Positions 36,824 through 45,520 of a stretch of 64,000 nt of DNA are shown here, one piece after another; positions within the stretch are counted from its first letter, which is position 1; every line of letters begins with the position of its first letter. The stretch is from Acidimicrobiales bacterium (GTDB lineage: Bacteria > Actinomycetota > Acidimicrobiia > Acidimicrobiales > Aldehydirespiratoraceae): positions 7 through 64,006 of the forward strand of contig JAJCXZ010000051.1 of assembly GCA_029263175.1 (NCBI GenBank), written 5' to 3'. The translations under genes were made by a program, and so were the position numbers. The notes below the pieces were generated by a model. The model was not told the origin of the DNA and made no database searches. It worked only from the letters and a program-made list of their open reading frames with translations.

Positions 36824-37759
36824 GTGATGGAGCCCCTGACAGCGCTAGCGTCGTGGCCGATGACCGACGATTCCCTCACCGTGGAGACCATCGCCCCGTG
36901 GGACGGTCGCCGCGTGCCGGTCACCTTGATCGGCGGGTATCTGGGTGCGGGGAAGACCACCGCGATCAACGAGTTCCTGCGCAGAACCGATCGTCCGGTC
37001 GCGGTGCTGGTGAACGATGTCGGCGAGATCAACATCGACGCCGCGCTCATCAAGCGGCGTCATGGCGACACCATCGAACTCACCGACGGCTGTATCTGTT
37101 GCTCGCTTGCCGACGGTCTGGCGACTGCGTTCGACTCGCTGCGTGCCCGAGAGCAAGCGCCCGATCATGTCGTGCTCGAGTTGAGCGGCGTGGCTGACCC
37201 GGCCAGAGTTGCCCCATGGGCTGACTCAGATGGTTTTCGCCTGGACGGCATTGTTGTCCTGATCGACACCGACCAGTTCCTGGCACGGCTCGATGACAAC
37301 CGCACGAACTCGTTTGTCACCACGCAGTTGGCGGCGGCCGACGTGTTCGTCCTGACCAAGACCGACATCGTCGAGGCCGCCCAGATCGCGGCGGTGGAAT
37401 CGAGGCTCGCTGAGATGGAGCCGGAGATTCCGATCCGCCGGACGCGCACCGCACACGACGCCGGCGCCCTCCTCGACATCGGCACCCGTCGCCCCGGCGG
37501 TGTCGCAGACATTCCTTCGTCTCAGCTGTTCGACCCACATACGGTCGAGACTCACCCCCTCCCCCGACCGGTATCGGAAACCGAGCTTCACACCATCCTC
37601 GATGGACTCCCTGCCGACACGGTGAGAGCGAAGGGCGTCGCCGAAGCACCGGACGGCACCCGGATCCTCGTCCAACAGGTCGGACGGCGACGGCGGGTCA
37701 CCGCACTCCCCCAGGCCGAGGATCAAGACGCCACCGATCTGGTGGTCATTCGTCTCTGA
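36824..37759 (+). CDS. CobW/COG0523-family G3E P-loop GTPase (metallochaperone type)
   Basis: It has VTLIGGYLGAGKTT (P-loop), the CICCSL metal-binding motif and a CobW C-terminal domain. Confidence 0.9.
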   Translation: MMEPLTALASWPMTDDSLTVETIAPWDGRRVPVTLIGGYLGAGKTTAINEFLRRTDRPVAVLVNDVGEINIDAALIKRRHGDTIELTDGCICCSLADGLATAFDSLRAREQAPDHVVLELSGVADPARVAPWADSDGFRLDGIVVLIDTDQFLARLDDNRTNSFVTTQLAAADVFVLTKTDIVEAAQIAAVESRLAEMEPEIPIRRTRTAHDAGALLDIGTRRPGGVADIPSSQLFDPHTVETHPLPRPVSETELHTILDGLPADTVRAKGVAEAPDGTRILVQQVGRRRRVTALPQAEDQDATDLVVIRL

Positions 37760-37803
37760 CCACAACGCGAATTTGAAACGACACCGTGTCGCTGACGCAC
37801 GGA

Positions 37804-38634
37804 TCAACTCGCGACGATCAGTCCGACTGCCAGCATCGCGACGACGATCCCTGTGAGCTGAACGGGCCTGATGCGTTCTTTCAGCACAAGCCAGGCCATC
37901 AGCACGGTTATGGCGGGGAACATGGAGGCGACGACGGCGACCGTCGCCAGCGAGCCTTGGCGGGTGGCCACTGCATAAGCCGCATTGGCGGACGAGCTCA
38001 GCGCAGCCACCAGGACAATGGTTGGGAACATGGCCCGGGGAATCGCCCACGATGTCCTCGTCAGGCGCAGCACCAACAGCAGGACCACCAGGCCCGACAG
38101 CCGCGAAGGGGCCACGATCCAAATGCCACTGTCGTCGGTGCTCTTGCTGAACGCGAGCAGAAGAATGCCGAGGCCCGTGGCGCCGATCGATCCGTAGCCG
38201 AGAGCCGTCAACGCCGAGCCCCGAGTCGCGCCGCGGCTCAGGCTCACCAGGAGGATGGCCACGACACCGAGGACGACGCCAATCCACGCTCGCGACGACA
38301 GGCTGTCGCCGTCGATGGCAGCCCAGAGGACGGGCACCGACACCGAGCCGACCCCGGCGACCGGGGCAACGATGGCAGTCGTGCTCTTGGCGTAGCCGGT
38401 GTAGATGGCCGACAGTCCGACCGCGCTTCCGACACCCGCAGCCGCACCCCACCACAGGTCAGCGGAGGTGGGAGAACCTCCGATCGCGAAAGCGAGCGCG
38501 ACCGTCAGCACGAACCCGCAACCGTGAGCGGCAGCCGACACCGCCATCGCCGGCGCGGAACGAGAGCTCAACCCACCGAGGAAGTCCGAAATCCCGGCGA
38601 AGAGCGCGACGACGAGCGCCAGGGCAATCGCCAT
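37804..38634 (-). CDS. EamA/DMT-superfamily transporter
   Basis: 276-aa ORF with about 10 hydrophobic helices in two similar halves. Confidence 0.83.
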   Translation of the reverse strand: MAIALALVVALFAGISDFLGGLSSRSAPAMAVSAAAHGCGFVLTVALAFAIGGSPTSADLWWGAAAGVGSAVGLSAIYTGYAKSTTAIVAPVAGVGSVSVPVLWAAIDGDSLSSRAWIGVVLGVVAILLVSLSRGATRGSALTALGYGSIGATGLGILLLAFSKSTDDSGIWIVAPSRLSGLVVLLLVLRLTRTSWAIPRAMFPTIVLVAALSSSANAAYAVATRQGSLATVAVVASMFPAITVLMAWLVLKERIRPVQLTGIVVAMLAVGLIVAS

Positions 38635-38646
38635 TCTCGCGCCGAC

Positions 38647-39588
38647 TCAGGTTCCGGCCAGCGTGGCGATGACCTCGTTGAACCGCTCCATGCCCTTGCC
38701 ACCGTCCTGCTGGACCACGACATAGTTGAAGCCCCACCGCTCGCGACGCTGCTGAAGCGTTTCGCTGATCCCGGCCGGTGACCCAACCAGGAGTGCCGGC
38801 GATTGCGAGACTTCCTCGACCGTGTTCGAGAACAATTCGGCGAGCAGAGCGAGCGTTCCCGCCGCGTCGTCGGTGATCGAGGTGCTCATCGTCAAGCTGT
38901 TGAACTCGAGATCGTCGAAGCGATCCCCAGCCGCCTCCCTCACCCGGGCCACCTTCGCGTCGTAGGCCGCCGACATCGAGTCGGCGATCGCATCGACGCC
39001 GACCTCACCGGCACGGAGGTTCGCGGTCATGCCGACGATGTCGGCATGGCGCGCGGCAACACCGAGCATGCGGGGCCCGCCACCACCGATGATGATCTTC
39101 GGACCACCCGATGTGTACGGCGTGGGATGGCCCTCGTATCCGTCGATTTGATAGTGCTCACCATGGAAGTCGAAGGCGTCGCCGGCCCAACACTTCTTGA
39201 TGACGTCGAGACTCTCGACCATGCGTTCGATTCGGATTCCGGGCCGGTCGTATGTCATCCCCGACTGTTCGTAGTCGGTTCGCATCCAGCCCGCTCCGAG
39301 CCCGAACTCCACACGACCTTCGCTGATGTGGTCGAGGGTTGCGATCTCCTTCGCCAACATGACTGGATGCCGGTAGTCGTTGCCGAAGACGAGGGCACCG
39401 ACCTTGAGCTCGGTGGTGACTGCTGCGGCTGCGGCCAGCGATGTGAAGATCCCGAACTGGTGATGGAAGTGGTCCGGCATCAGGATGCTGTCGTAGCCTT
39501 GATCCTCTGCGTATCGGGCCGAGTCCGCCCACGTCATGCCCTCGATGGGCGAGTGGAGCTGAAGGCCGAAACGGAAGGGTTTGGTCAT
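38647..39588 (-). CDS. luciferase-like monooxygenase family, F420-dependent oxidoreductase type
   Basis: 313-aa ORF with MTKPFRFGLQL..., ILMPDHF and EFGLGAGW, a pattern typical of LLM class F420-dependent enzymes. Confidence 0.87.
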   Translation of the reverse strand: MTKPFRFGLQLHSPIEGMTWADSARYAEDQGYDSILMPDHFHHQFGIFTSLAAAAAVTTELKVGALVFGNDYRHPVMLAKEIATLDHISEGRVEFGLGAGWMRTDYEQSGMTYDRPGIRIERMVESLDVIKKCWAGDAFDFHGEHYQIDGYEGHPTPYTSGGPKIIIGGGGPRMLGVAARHADIVGMTANLRAGEVGVDAIADSMSAAYDAKVARVREAAGDRFDDLEFNSLTMSTSITDDAAGTLALLAELFSNTVEEVSQSPALLVGSPAGISETLQQRRERWGFNYVVVQQDGGKGMERFNEVIATLAGT

Positions 39589-39599
39589 TCGCCGAGTGT

Positions 39600-39613
39600 A
39601 GGTGACGTCACCT
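39600..39613. promoter_or_regulatory. perfect 14-bp palindrome AGGTGACGTCACCT in a 56-bp divergent promoter region
   Basis: Read directly from the sequence. It is flanked by TANNNT boxes 6 nt from each divergent start codon: TACACT on the minus strand (39600-39595) before ATG 39588, and TAGTCT (39633-39638) before GTG 39645. That spacing suggests both genes are leaderless. Confidence 0.4.
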
Positions 39614-39644
39614 GCGGTCTCGTCGGCGCAACTAGTCTTTTGGC

Positions 39645-41960
39645 GTGACCGATCACGGCATTCCTGCCTCCGTCCTGCTGGTCTCGATCGATGCGCTCGC
39701 GCCTCGACACATAACTCCAGCCAATACGCCGTCGCTCAGCACACTCGCCCGGCAGGGAGCCTCGTGCTTCCAAGCCCGCACGGTGATGCCAAGCGTGACC
39801 CTGCCCGCCCACACTTCGATGGTGCGGAGTGCTCCGCCGGGTGTTCACGGGCTCCTCGACAACACTCCGAACCGGCCCTCGGGCCCGCCGTCGATCCTGA
39901 AAGTCGCTCGGACGTCGGGGCGATCAACCTCGGCATTTCAGTCATGGCTTCCGCTGGACGCGCTCTGGGAGCGCGACGCGCTCTCGTTCCGGCTGAGTCT
40001 CGACGAGGGATACGACCAGACCATCGATGCTGCGGTCGTTGATGCCGCCATTGACCGCTTTGGCACCGCCCCCGCGGGCGAAGTCATGTTCTTGTACCTC
40101 TCCTACCCCGACCCTGCGGGCCACGACCATGGTTGGGACAGCGAGGAGTACCTCACCTCGGTCGCCCAAGTCGATCGTGATCTCGGACGACTTGTGGCCG
40201 CACTACCAGCCGACTGGAGCGTGGTTGTCACCACTGATCACGGCGGGCACGACCACAAGCACGGCACCGACTGTGTCGAAGACATGGAGACGTTCGTTGT
40301 GGCCAAAGGGCCGCGGATCGCGGCTGGCAGCGGGTGGCCGGCAGCGTCGATTCTCGACATCGCCCCAACGGTCGCCGACCTCGCCGGCATCGACGCTGAT
40401 CCTGGCTGGGTCGGGCAATCGCTCGTGGGCCGGGAAACTGCTCTGATCGACGAACTGTTGGCCCTGCTCGCCGCCACCGAAGCCGAGAGCTATGGCGAAC
40501 GAGTCAACATGCTCGACCACGGACTCCAGTCAGCTGCAGTTGCCCGCGACCGAGGCGCATCCGACGAGCTCGTGCTGGCAGCGCTGCTTCACGATGTTGG
40601 CCACGTGCTCGGAGCCGCCGGCGATTGGGGCCTTCCAGGGCACGCGGAGGTCGGGGCGCGCTCGCTTCAGGCCCTGCTCGACCCAGCGATCGTTGAGCCG
40701 ATCCGGCTGCACGTCGATGCCAAGCGCTACCGGGTCGCGGTTGACGACGAATATCACGCCCGACTGAGCCTTGCCTCCCAGATGTCGCTCGAGGAGCAGG
40801 GAGGACCCTTCAACCCCGACGAGGTCGAGGCGTTTCGTACCAACCCCTATGCCGACGACGCCGTCCTTCTCCGCGAATTCGATGACGAGGGCAAGGTCGA
40901 TGGGCTCGAGATCCCGTGGCTCGAGACGTATCGCCCGCTGCTCGATGATGCCATCGCTGGCGGTGCAGCCATCGATGCTGCCTGGGCCCGACATGCATGT
41001 CGATGTCCGGAGTGTCGAGACGCGGGCAATGATCAGCACCTCCTGTGGGCTCACGAGTTGGTCGGCTGGCGAGTGGTCGCCGATCGTCCGGGCCTCCCCC
41101 GCGAGATCGATCTCGTGCACGACGACGGACGCCGCCACACCGCGGTGATCGGCACCGAGCCAGGAGCCGAAGCCGGGCGAACCCTCTGGGATCACACCCA
41201 TGCCGCCGTCCTCCGCGGTGGCATCACATCCGCCTCCGGTGAGCTGACCGAGTTCGCTCGTCAGCTGGCTGAGCACGGGATCGCCATCGCCACCGACGTC
41301 ACCACCGACTCAGGAGAGATCCTGCGTTTCGCCAGTCGGATCGGCTTCGTTCGCGACACCAACTACGGCACCCTCTTTGACGTCGTCGCCGAGCCGGATC
41401 CGATCAACCTGGCGTACACACCGGTCGGCCTCCCCCTCCACACCGACAACCCGTATCGCGAACCGTGCCCATCGATCCAGCTCCTGCACTGTCTCAGCTC
41501 TGCGGCCGAGGGCGGTGCCAGCCAGTTCGCCGATGGCTTCCGTGCGGCCGACGTGCTGCGCTCCGAGCATTCCGACGACTTCGAAGTCCTCACCTCCACA
41601 CTCGTCGACTTCCGCTTTCACGACTCCGATGTCGACCTCCGAGCTCGGCGTCCGATCATCGAGCTCGACGCTGATGGCACGGTCACAGCAGTGAGCATCA
41701 ACAACCGGAGCATGGAGGCGCCCTCACTCCCACCGGCGCAATCGGCAGCGTTCTACCGCGCCTACACCACCTTCGCGGAGGTGCTCGCCTCACCCGAATC
41801 GATCATCGAGCTCACACTCGGCCCCGGAGAACTGGTCGGCTTCGACAACCGCCGCGTGCTCCACGGACGTGGAGCATTCGCGGTGACGGCGCGCCGCCAC
41901 CTCCAAGGTTGCTACATCGACATGGATGCGGTTCGATCCCTCGCTCTGCGGGCGGACTGA
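39645..41960 (+). CDS. tri-domain fusion: alkaline-phosphatase-superfamily phosphoesterase + PhnZ/TmpB-like HD oxygenase + PhnY*/TmpA-like (GBBH-type) Fe(II)/2OG dioxygenase
   Basis: 771-aa uninterrupted ORF with a GTG start. AP-type motifs are SIDAL, PSVTLPAHTS, DPAGHDHG and TTDHGGHD. HD motifs are LDHGLQ, LLHDVGH, GHAEVG, RLHVDAKRY and FDDEGK. The dioxygenase part has CRCPEC, LPLHTDN and RVLHGR. Confidence 0.9.
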   Translation: MTDHGIPASVLLVSIDALAPRHITPANTPSLSTLARQGASCFQARTVMPSVTLPAHTSMVRSAPPGVHGLLDNTPNRPSGPPSILKVARTSGRSTSAFQSWLPLDALWERDALSFRLSLDEGYDQTIDAAVVDAAIDRFGTAPAGEVMFLYLSYPDPAGHDHGWDSEEYLTSVAQVDRDLGRLVAALPADWSVVVTTDHGGHDHKHGTDCVEDMETFVVAKGPRIAAGSGWPAASILDIAPTVADLAGIDADPGWVGQSLVGRETALIDELLALLAATEAESYGERVNMLDHGLQSAAVARDRGASDELVLAALLHDVGHVLGAAGDWGLPGHAEVGARSLQALLDPAIVEPIRLHVDAKRYRVAVDDEYHARLSLASQMSLEEQGGPFNPDEVEAFRTNPYADDAVLLREFDDEGKVDGLEIPWLETYRPLLDDAIAGGAAIDAAWARHACRCPECRDAGNDQHLLWAHELVGWRVVADRPGLPREIDLVHDDGRRHTAVIGTEPGAEAGRTLWDHTHAAVLRGGITSASGELTEFARQLAEHGIAIATDVTTDSGEILRFASRIGFVRDTNYGTLFDVVAEPDPINLAYTPVGLPLHTDNPYREPCPSIQLLHCLSSAAEGGASQFADGFRAADVLRSEHSDDFEVLTSTLVDFRFHDSDVDLRARRPIIELDADGTVTAVSINNRSMEAPSLPPAQSAAFYRAYTTFAEVLASPESIIELTLGPGELVGFDNRRVLHGRGAFAVTARRHLQGCYIDMDAVRSLALRAD

Positions 41961-42202
41961 TACGTCACCTCATAGCCAACCGGATCACCCAGAACCCTCG
42001 ACTCTTGAGCCGAGCCATAGGTCGGCGCATCGATTCGAAGATCGTCGAAGAAGCCATGGTGGAGGAACGAACCCGTCGAAGACTTGCCAACTGACATCGG
42101 AACTAGTAGTTTTCGGCGCGTGTTGCAACGGACCTGGGGGGTCGCTGGAACAATGAGGATTGCTGCGGATGTCGGTCGTTTGGACCCGGAGCCACACAGA
42201 CG

Positions 42203-42661
42203 ATGACCGGCTCCTCCTCGAGGCTCGATGACATCGACCGTGAACTGATCCGTCAGCTGCAGAGCGACGGAAGAACTTCGTATTCCGCGCTTGGTCGCGA
42301 CGTGGGGCTCTCCGACGCAGCGGCGCGTCAACGAGTGAATCGGCTCACGGCGGATGGCGTGATCGATATCGTCGCGGTCACTGATCCGGCAAAACTCGAT
42401 CTTGGTTTTCAGGCCCTGCTCGCAATCACCGTCAGCACCGATGTCCGCAAGATTGCGCAAGAAGTCGGTGCCCATCGAGCCAGCGTCTACGTCGTGTTGA
42501 CCGCGGGTCGGTACGACTTGATTGCCGAGGTGGTGAGCCGTGACAGCGCCTCGTTCGTCGAGCTGACAAACGCGATTCGTGCGCTTCCAGGTGTGGAAAC
42601 CGTCGAAACGCTGACCTATCTCGGCATCAGCAAGCAGACCTACGACTGGGGTGTCGGATGA
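42203..42661 (+). CDS. Lrp/AsnC-family transcriptional regulator
   Basis: 152-aa ORF with LDDIDRELIRQLQSDGRTSYSALGRDVGLSDAAARQRVNRL (HTH) plus a RAM-type C-terminus. It overlaps the next gene by ATGA. Confidence 0.9.
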   Translation: MTGSSSRLDDIDRELIRQLQSDGRTSYSALGRDVGLSDAAARQRVNRLTADGVIDIVAVTDPAKLDLGFQALLAITVSTDVRKIAQEVGAHRASVYVVLTAGRYDLIAEVVSRDSASFVELTNAIRALPGVETVETLTYLGISKQTYDWGVG

Positions 42662-43788
42662 CCGAATCGAGCAACATGACCGAGCGAGGCGAGCCCTCCG
42701 TCGAGATCCTGGGAGTCACGAAACGATTCGACGAGGTCGTCGCCGTCGACAACGTCGATCTTGCCATCGAGGACGGCGAATTCTTCGCCATGCTCGGTCC
42801 GTCGGGCTGTGGGAAGACAACCACGCTGCGGATGATCGCGGGCCTCGAGTTCCCGACCGAAGGCCGCCTCAAGATCTTTGGCGATGAAGTCGGCAACCTT
42901 CCGCCGAACCAACGACCCGTCAACACTGTCTTTCAGAGCTACGCCTTGTTCCCCCACATGAACGTCCAGGACAATGTGAGCTTCGGCCTCCGCATGAATG
43001 GCGTCGACAAGAAGGAAGCCGCTCGCAGCGCCGACGAGCTGATCGAACTCGTTCAGCTCGGTGGTCTCGGGAACCGCAAACCTTCACAGCTGTCGGGCGG
43101 GCAGCAGCAACGAGTCGCATTGGCTCGCGCTTTGGTGAACAAGCCGAAGGTCCTCCTGCTCGACGAGCCCCTGGGCGCACTCGACCTCAAGCTCCGCCAG
43201 GAGATGCAGACCGAGCTGAAGACGCTGCAACAGGAGTTCGGCGTCAGCTTCGTCTTCGTGACGCACGACCAAGAGGAAGCGCTCACGATGAGCGATCGCA
43301 TAGCGGTCATGAACGAAGGCCGCTTGCTTCAGGTCGGTTCCGCCGAGGAGCTCTACGAGCGACCGGCCAACCGGTTTGTGGCGGACTTCATCGGGGAGAC
43401 AAATCTGCTCGATGCCACGGTGGCCGACGGCGACATGATCATCCTGGCGAACGGCACCCGGCTCAAGGCACCCAACCCTCACGCCACTGGTACCAAGGTC
43501 GCCATGAGTCTGCGGCCCGAGTCGATCGAGATCGGGCGCCCAGAGTCGATCCCGAGCGACTATCAGGCCACGAGCTTGCGCGGCGTAATCGCCACATCGA
43601 GCTACCTCGGTCATTCAATTCTCTATGGCGTCAAGGTCGATTCCACGAATCTCAACGTTCGTTCCGGGGCAGTGGCCGCCCACCAACGGTTCGTGCCGGG
43701 CGATGAAGTCGCTGTTTGGTGGGATCGCACCAGCGATTGGGTCGTGCCCGACGACGAACCCGTCGCCGTCACTTCCGAGGCATCGTGA
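42658..43788 (+). CDS. ABC transporter ATP-binding protein (PotA / PhnT-like family)
   Basis: It has GPSGCGKTT, LSGGQQQRVALARAL and LLLDEPLGALD, plus a TOBE-like C-terminus. Confidence 0.93.
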   Translation: MTESSNMTERGEPSVEILGVTKRFDEVVAVDNVDLAIEDGEFFAMLGPSGCGKTTTLRMIAGLEFPTEGRLKIFGDEVGNLPPNQRPVNTVFQSYALFPHMNVQDNVSFGLRMNGVDKKEAARSADELIELVQLGGLGNRKPSQLSGGQQQRVALARALVNKPKVLLLDEPLGALDLKLRQEMQTELKTLQQEFGVSFVFVTHDQEEALTMSDRIAVMNEGRLLQVGSAEELYERPANRFVADFIGETNLLDATVADGDMIILANGTRLKAPNPHATGTKVAMSLRPESIEIGRPESIPSDYQATSLRGVIATSSYLGHSILYGVKVDSTNLNVRSGAVAAHQRFVPGDEVAVWWDRTSDWVVPDDEPVAVTSEAS

Positions 43789-44672
43789 CAGCGCCGAAGC
43801 TGGCACCTGACGCCGCGGTTCGCAAGGCCGAGAGCAGACGAGGTGTCTTCACGGCGATGCCCGCCGCCATCTACCTGCTCATCTTCTTCTGCACGCCTCT
43901 GCTCATCATCGTCGCCTACTCATTCGGCACCCGAACCGCAACCGGGAGCACCCGGCTGTCCGGCTGGAACTTCGACTCCTACGAGCGGATCATCGACGAT
44001 CTTGTGCTCGGGATCGTGTGGCGTTCGTTCTGGCTGGCCGGGCTCACCACGATCCTTTGTCTCGTCGTCGGGTACCCGTTTGCGTATTACCTTGCGACCC
44101 GACCCGCCAGGATCCGCAACATCCTCTTGGTATTGGTCATGATCCCGTTCTGGACAAATGGCCTCATCCGCATCTTCGCCATCCGTTTCCTGCTGGGATC
44201 CGACGGCCCGGTCTCGCAAGCATCATCATCGTTGGGTTTCGGCGAGTTCCGCATCCTCTTCACGCCGACCGCGGTGATCATCGGCATGCTGTACAGCTAC
44301 CTGACGTTCATGGTTCTTCCGCTGTACGTGGCGATCGAGCGTCTTGATTGGAGACTGGTCGAAGCTGCGAGAGATCTTTACGCCAACGGCGGCAAGGCGT
44401 TCCGCAAAGTTACGTGGCCCTTGACCAGGTCCGGGGTGATAGCCGGGTCGATCCTCGTGTTCATTCCCAGCTTCGGTTCGTATGTCGTCCCCGAGATCCT
44501 CGGTGGGGCAAAGACGCTCTTGCTCGGCTCCTACATCGCACGACAGTTCGGTCAGGCTCGAAACTGGCCCTTCGGCGCCGCGCTCTCTGTCGTGCTGATC
44601 GTCGCCATGCTGATCGCCGTCGTCGTCAACCAACGCTCTGCTGCGAGCGAACTCACGGGGAGCAGCTCATGA
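43785..44672 (+). CDS. ABC transporter permease (PotB-like)
   Basis: GTG 43785 overlaps the upstream stop (GTGA). The protein has six TM helices and an EAARDLYANGGKAF EAA-loop. Confidence 0.87.
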   Translation: MTAPKLAPDAAVRKAESRRGVFTAMPAAIYLLIFFCTPLLIIVAYSFGTRTATGSTRLSGWNFDSYERIIDDLVLGIVWRSFWLAGLTTILCLVVGYPFAYYLATRPARIRNILLVLVMIPFWTNGLIRIFAIRFLLGSDGPVSQASSSLGFGEFRILFTPTAVIIGMLYSYLTFMVLPLYVAIERLDWRLVEAARDLYANGGKAFRKVTWPLTRSGVIAGSILVFIPSFGSYVVPEILGGAKTLLLGSYIARQFGQARNWPFGAALSVVLIVAMLIAVVVNQRSAASELTGSSS

Positions 44673-45520
44673 GTATCGGGATGCAGACCAGCAAGGGCGT
44701 CGGTCGTCTCTTGAAGATCAACGCTTGGCTCGTCTTCGCGTTCTTCTACATCCCGATGATCGTCCTCGTGGTGTTCTCCTTCAACGCCTCGCAGCGCGTC
44801 AACATCTGGGGAGGCCTTTCCGCTCGCTGGTACCCGGAGATGCTGCGCAATGACGAGATCCTTTCAGCACTCGAGAACTCCCTCGTCGTCGCCGCCATCT
44901 CGACCCTGGCATCGACCATCCTCGGAACCGCATTGGCGATCGCGCTCGATCGTTACCGTTTCCGCGGCCGCGGCACGCTCGAAGGCGTCGCCTACCTGCC
45001 GATCATCATCCCGGACGTGACCATGGCGGTCATGTTGTTGGCCTTCTTCGCCCAGGCGTTCCGGTTCCTCGGCAACATCGGCCCGCAGCTGCAGCTCGGT
45101 CTCTATACGGTCGTCATCAGCCACATCGCGTTCAACATCTCGATCGTCGCGGTCGTGGTACGCGCCAGGCTCGGCCAGCTGGATCCTGCACTCGAGCAGG
45201 CGGCCCAGGACCTCTACGCCTCGCGCTGGAAGGCGTTCCGCCTCATCACCCTCCCGCTGATCTTGCCCGGTATTCTCGCCGGTGCACTCCTCGCTCTCGC
45301 CTTGTCCCTCGACGACGTCGTCATATCTGCGTTCGTCACGGGTCCGGGCGGGACGACATTGCCCGTCTATGTGTTCAGCGCCATCCGACGTGGCGTCACA
45401 CCAGAGCTCAACGCCATCTCAACACTGATGCTCGCCGCCTCGACGGTGTTGGTGTTGAGTTCGCTGTTCTTGCAGCGGGCACCAAAACAGGAACGAACAA
45501 CCACAAAGGAAGACTCATGA
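44669..45520 (+). CDS. ABC transporter permease (PotC-like)
   Basis: ATG 44669 overlaps the upstream stop (ATGA). The EAA-loop is EQAAQDLYASRWKAF. Confidence 0.87.
   Translation: MSIGMQTSKGVGRLLKINAWLVFAFFYIPMIVLVVFSFNASQRVNIWGGLSARWYPEMLRNDEILSALENSLVVAAISTLASTILGTALAIALDRYRFRGRGTLEGVAYLPIIIPDVTMAVMLLAFFAQAFRFLGNIGPQLQLGLYTVVISHIAFNISIVAVVVRARLGQLDPALEQAAQDLYASRWKAFRLITLPLILPGILAGALLALALSLDDVVISAFVTGPGGTTLPVYVFSAIRRGVTPELNAISTLMLAASTVLVLSSLFLQRAPKQERTTTKEDS

Noticed and set aside
40470-40964. HD domain of the fusion protein as a possible HD-GYP c-di-GMP phosphodiesterase linking to the PilZ proteins
   Set aside because: It has no GYP motif and no response-regulator or other HD-GYP context. 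Its motif spacing matches my recollection of PhnZ-type oxygenases, and it is fused to a GBBH-type dioxygenase.
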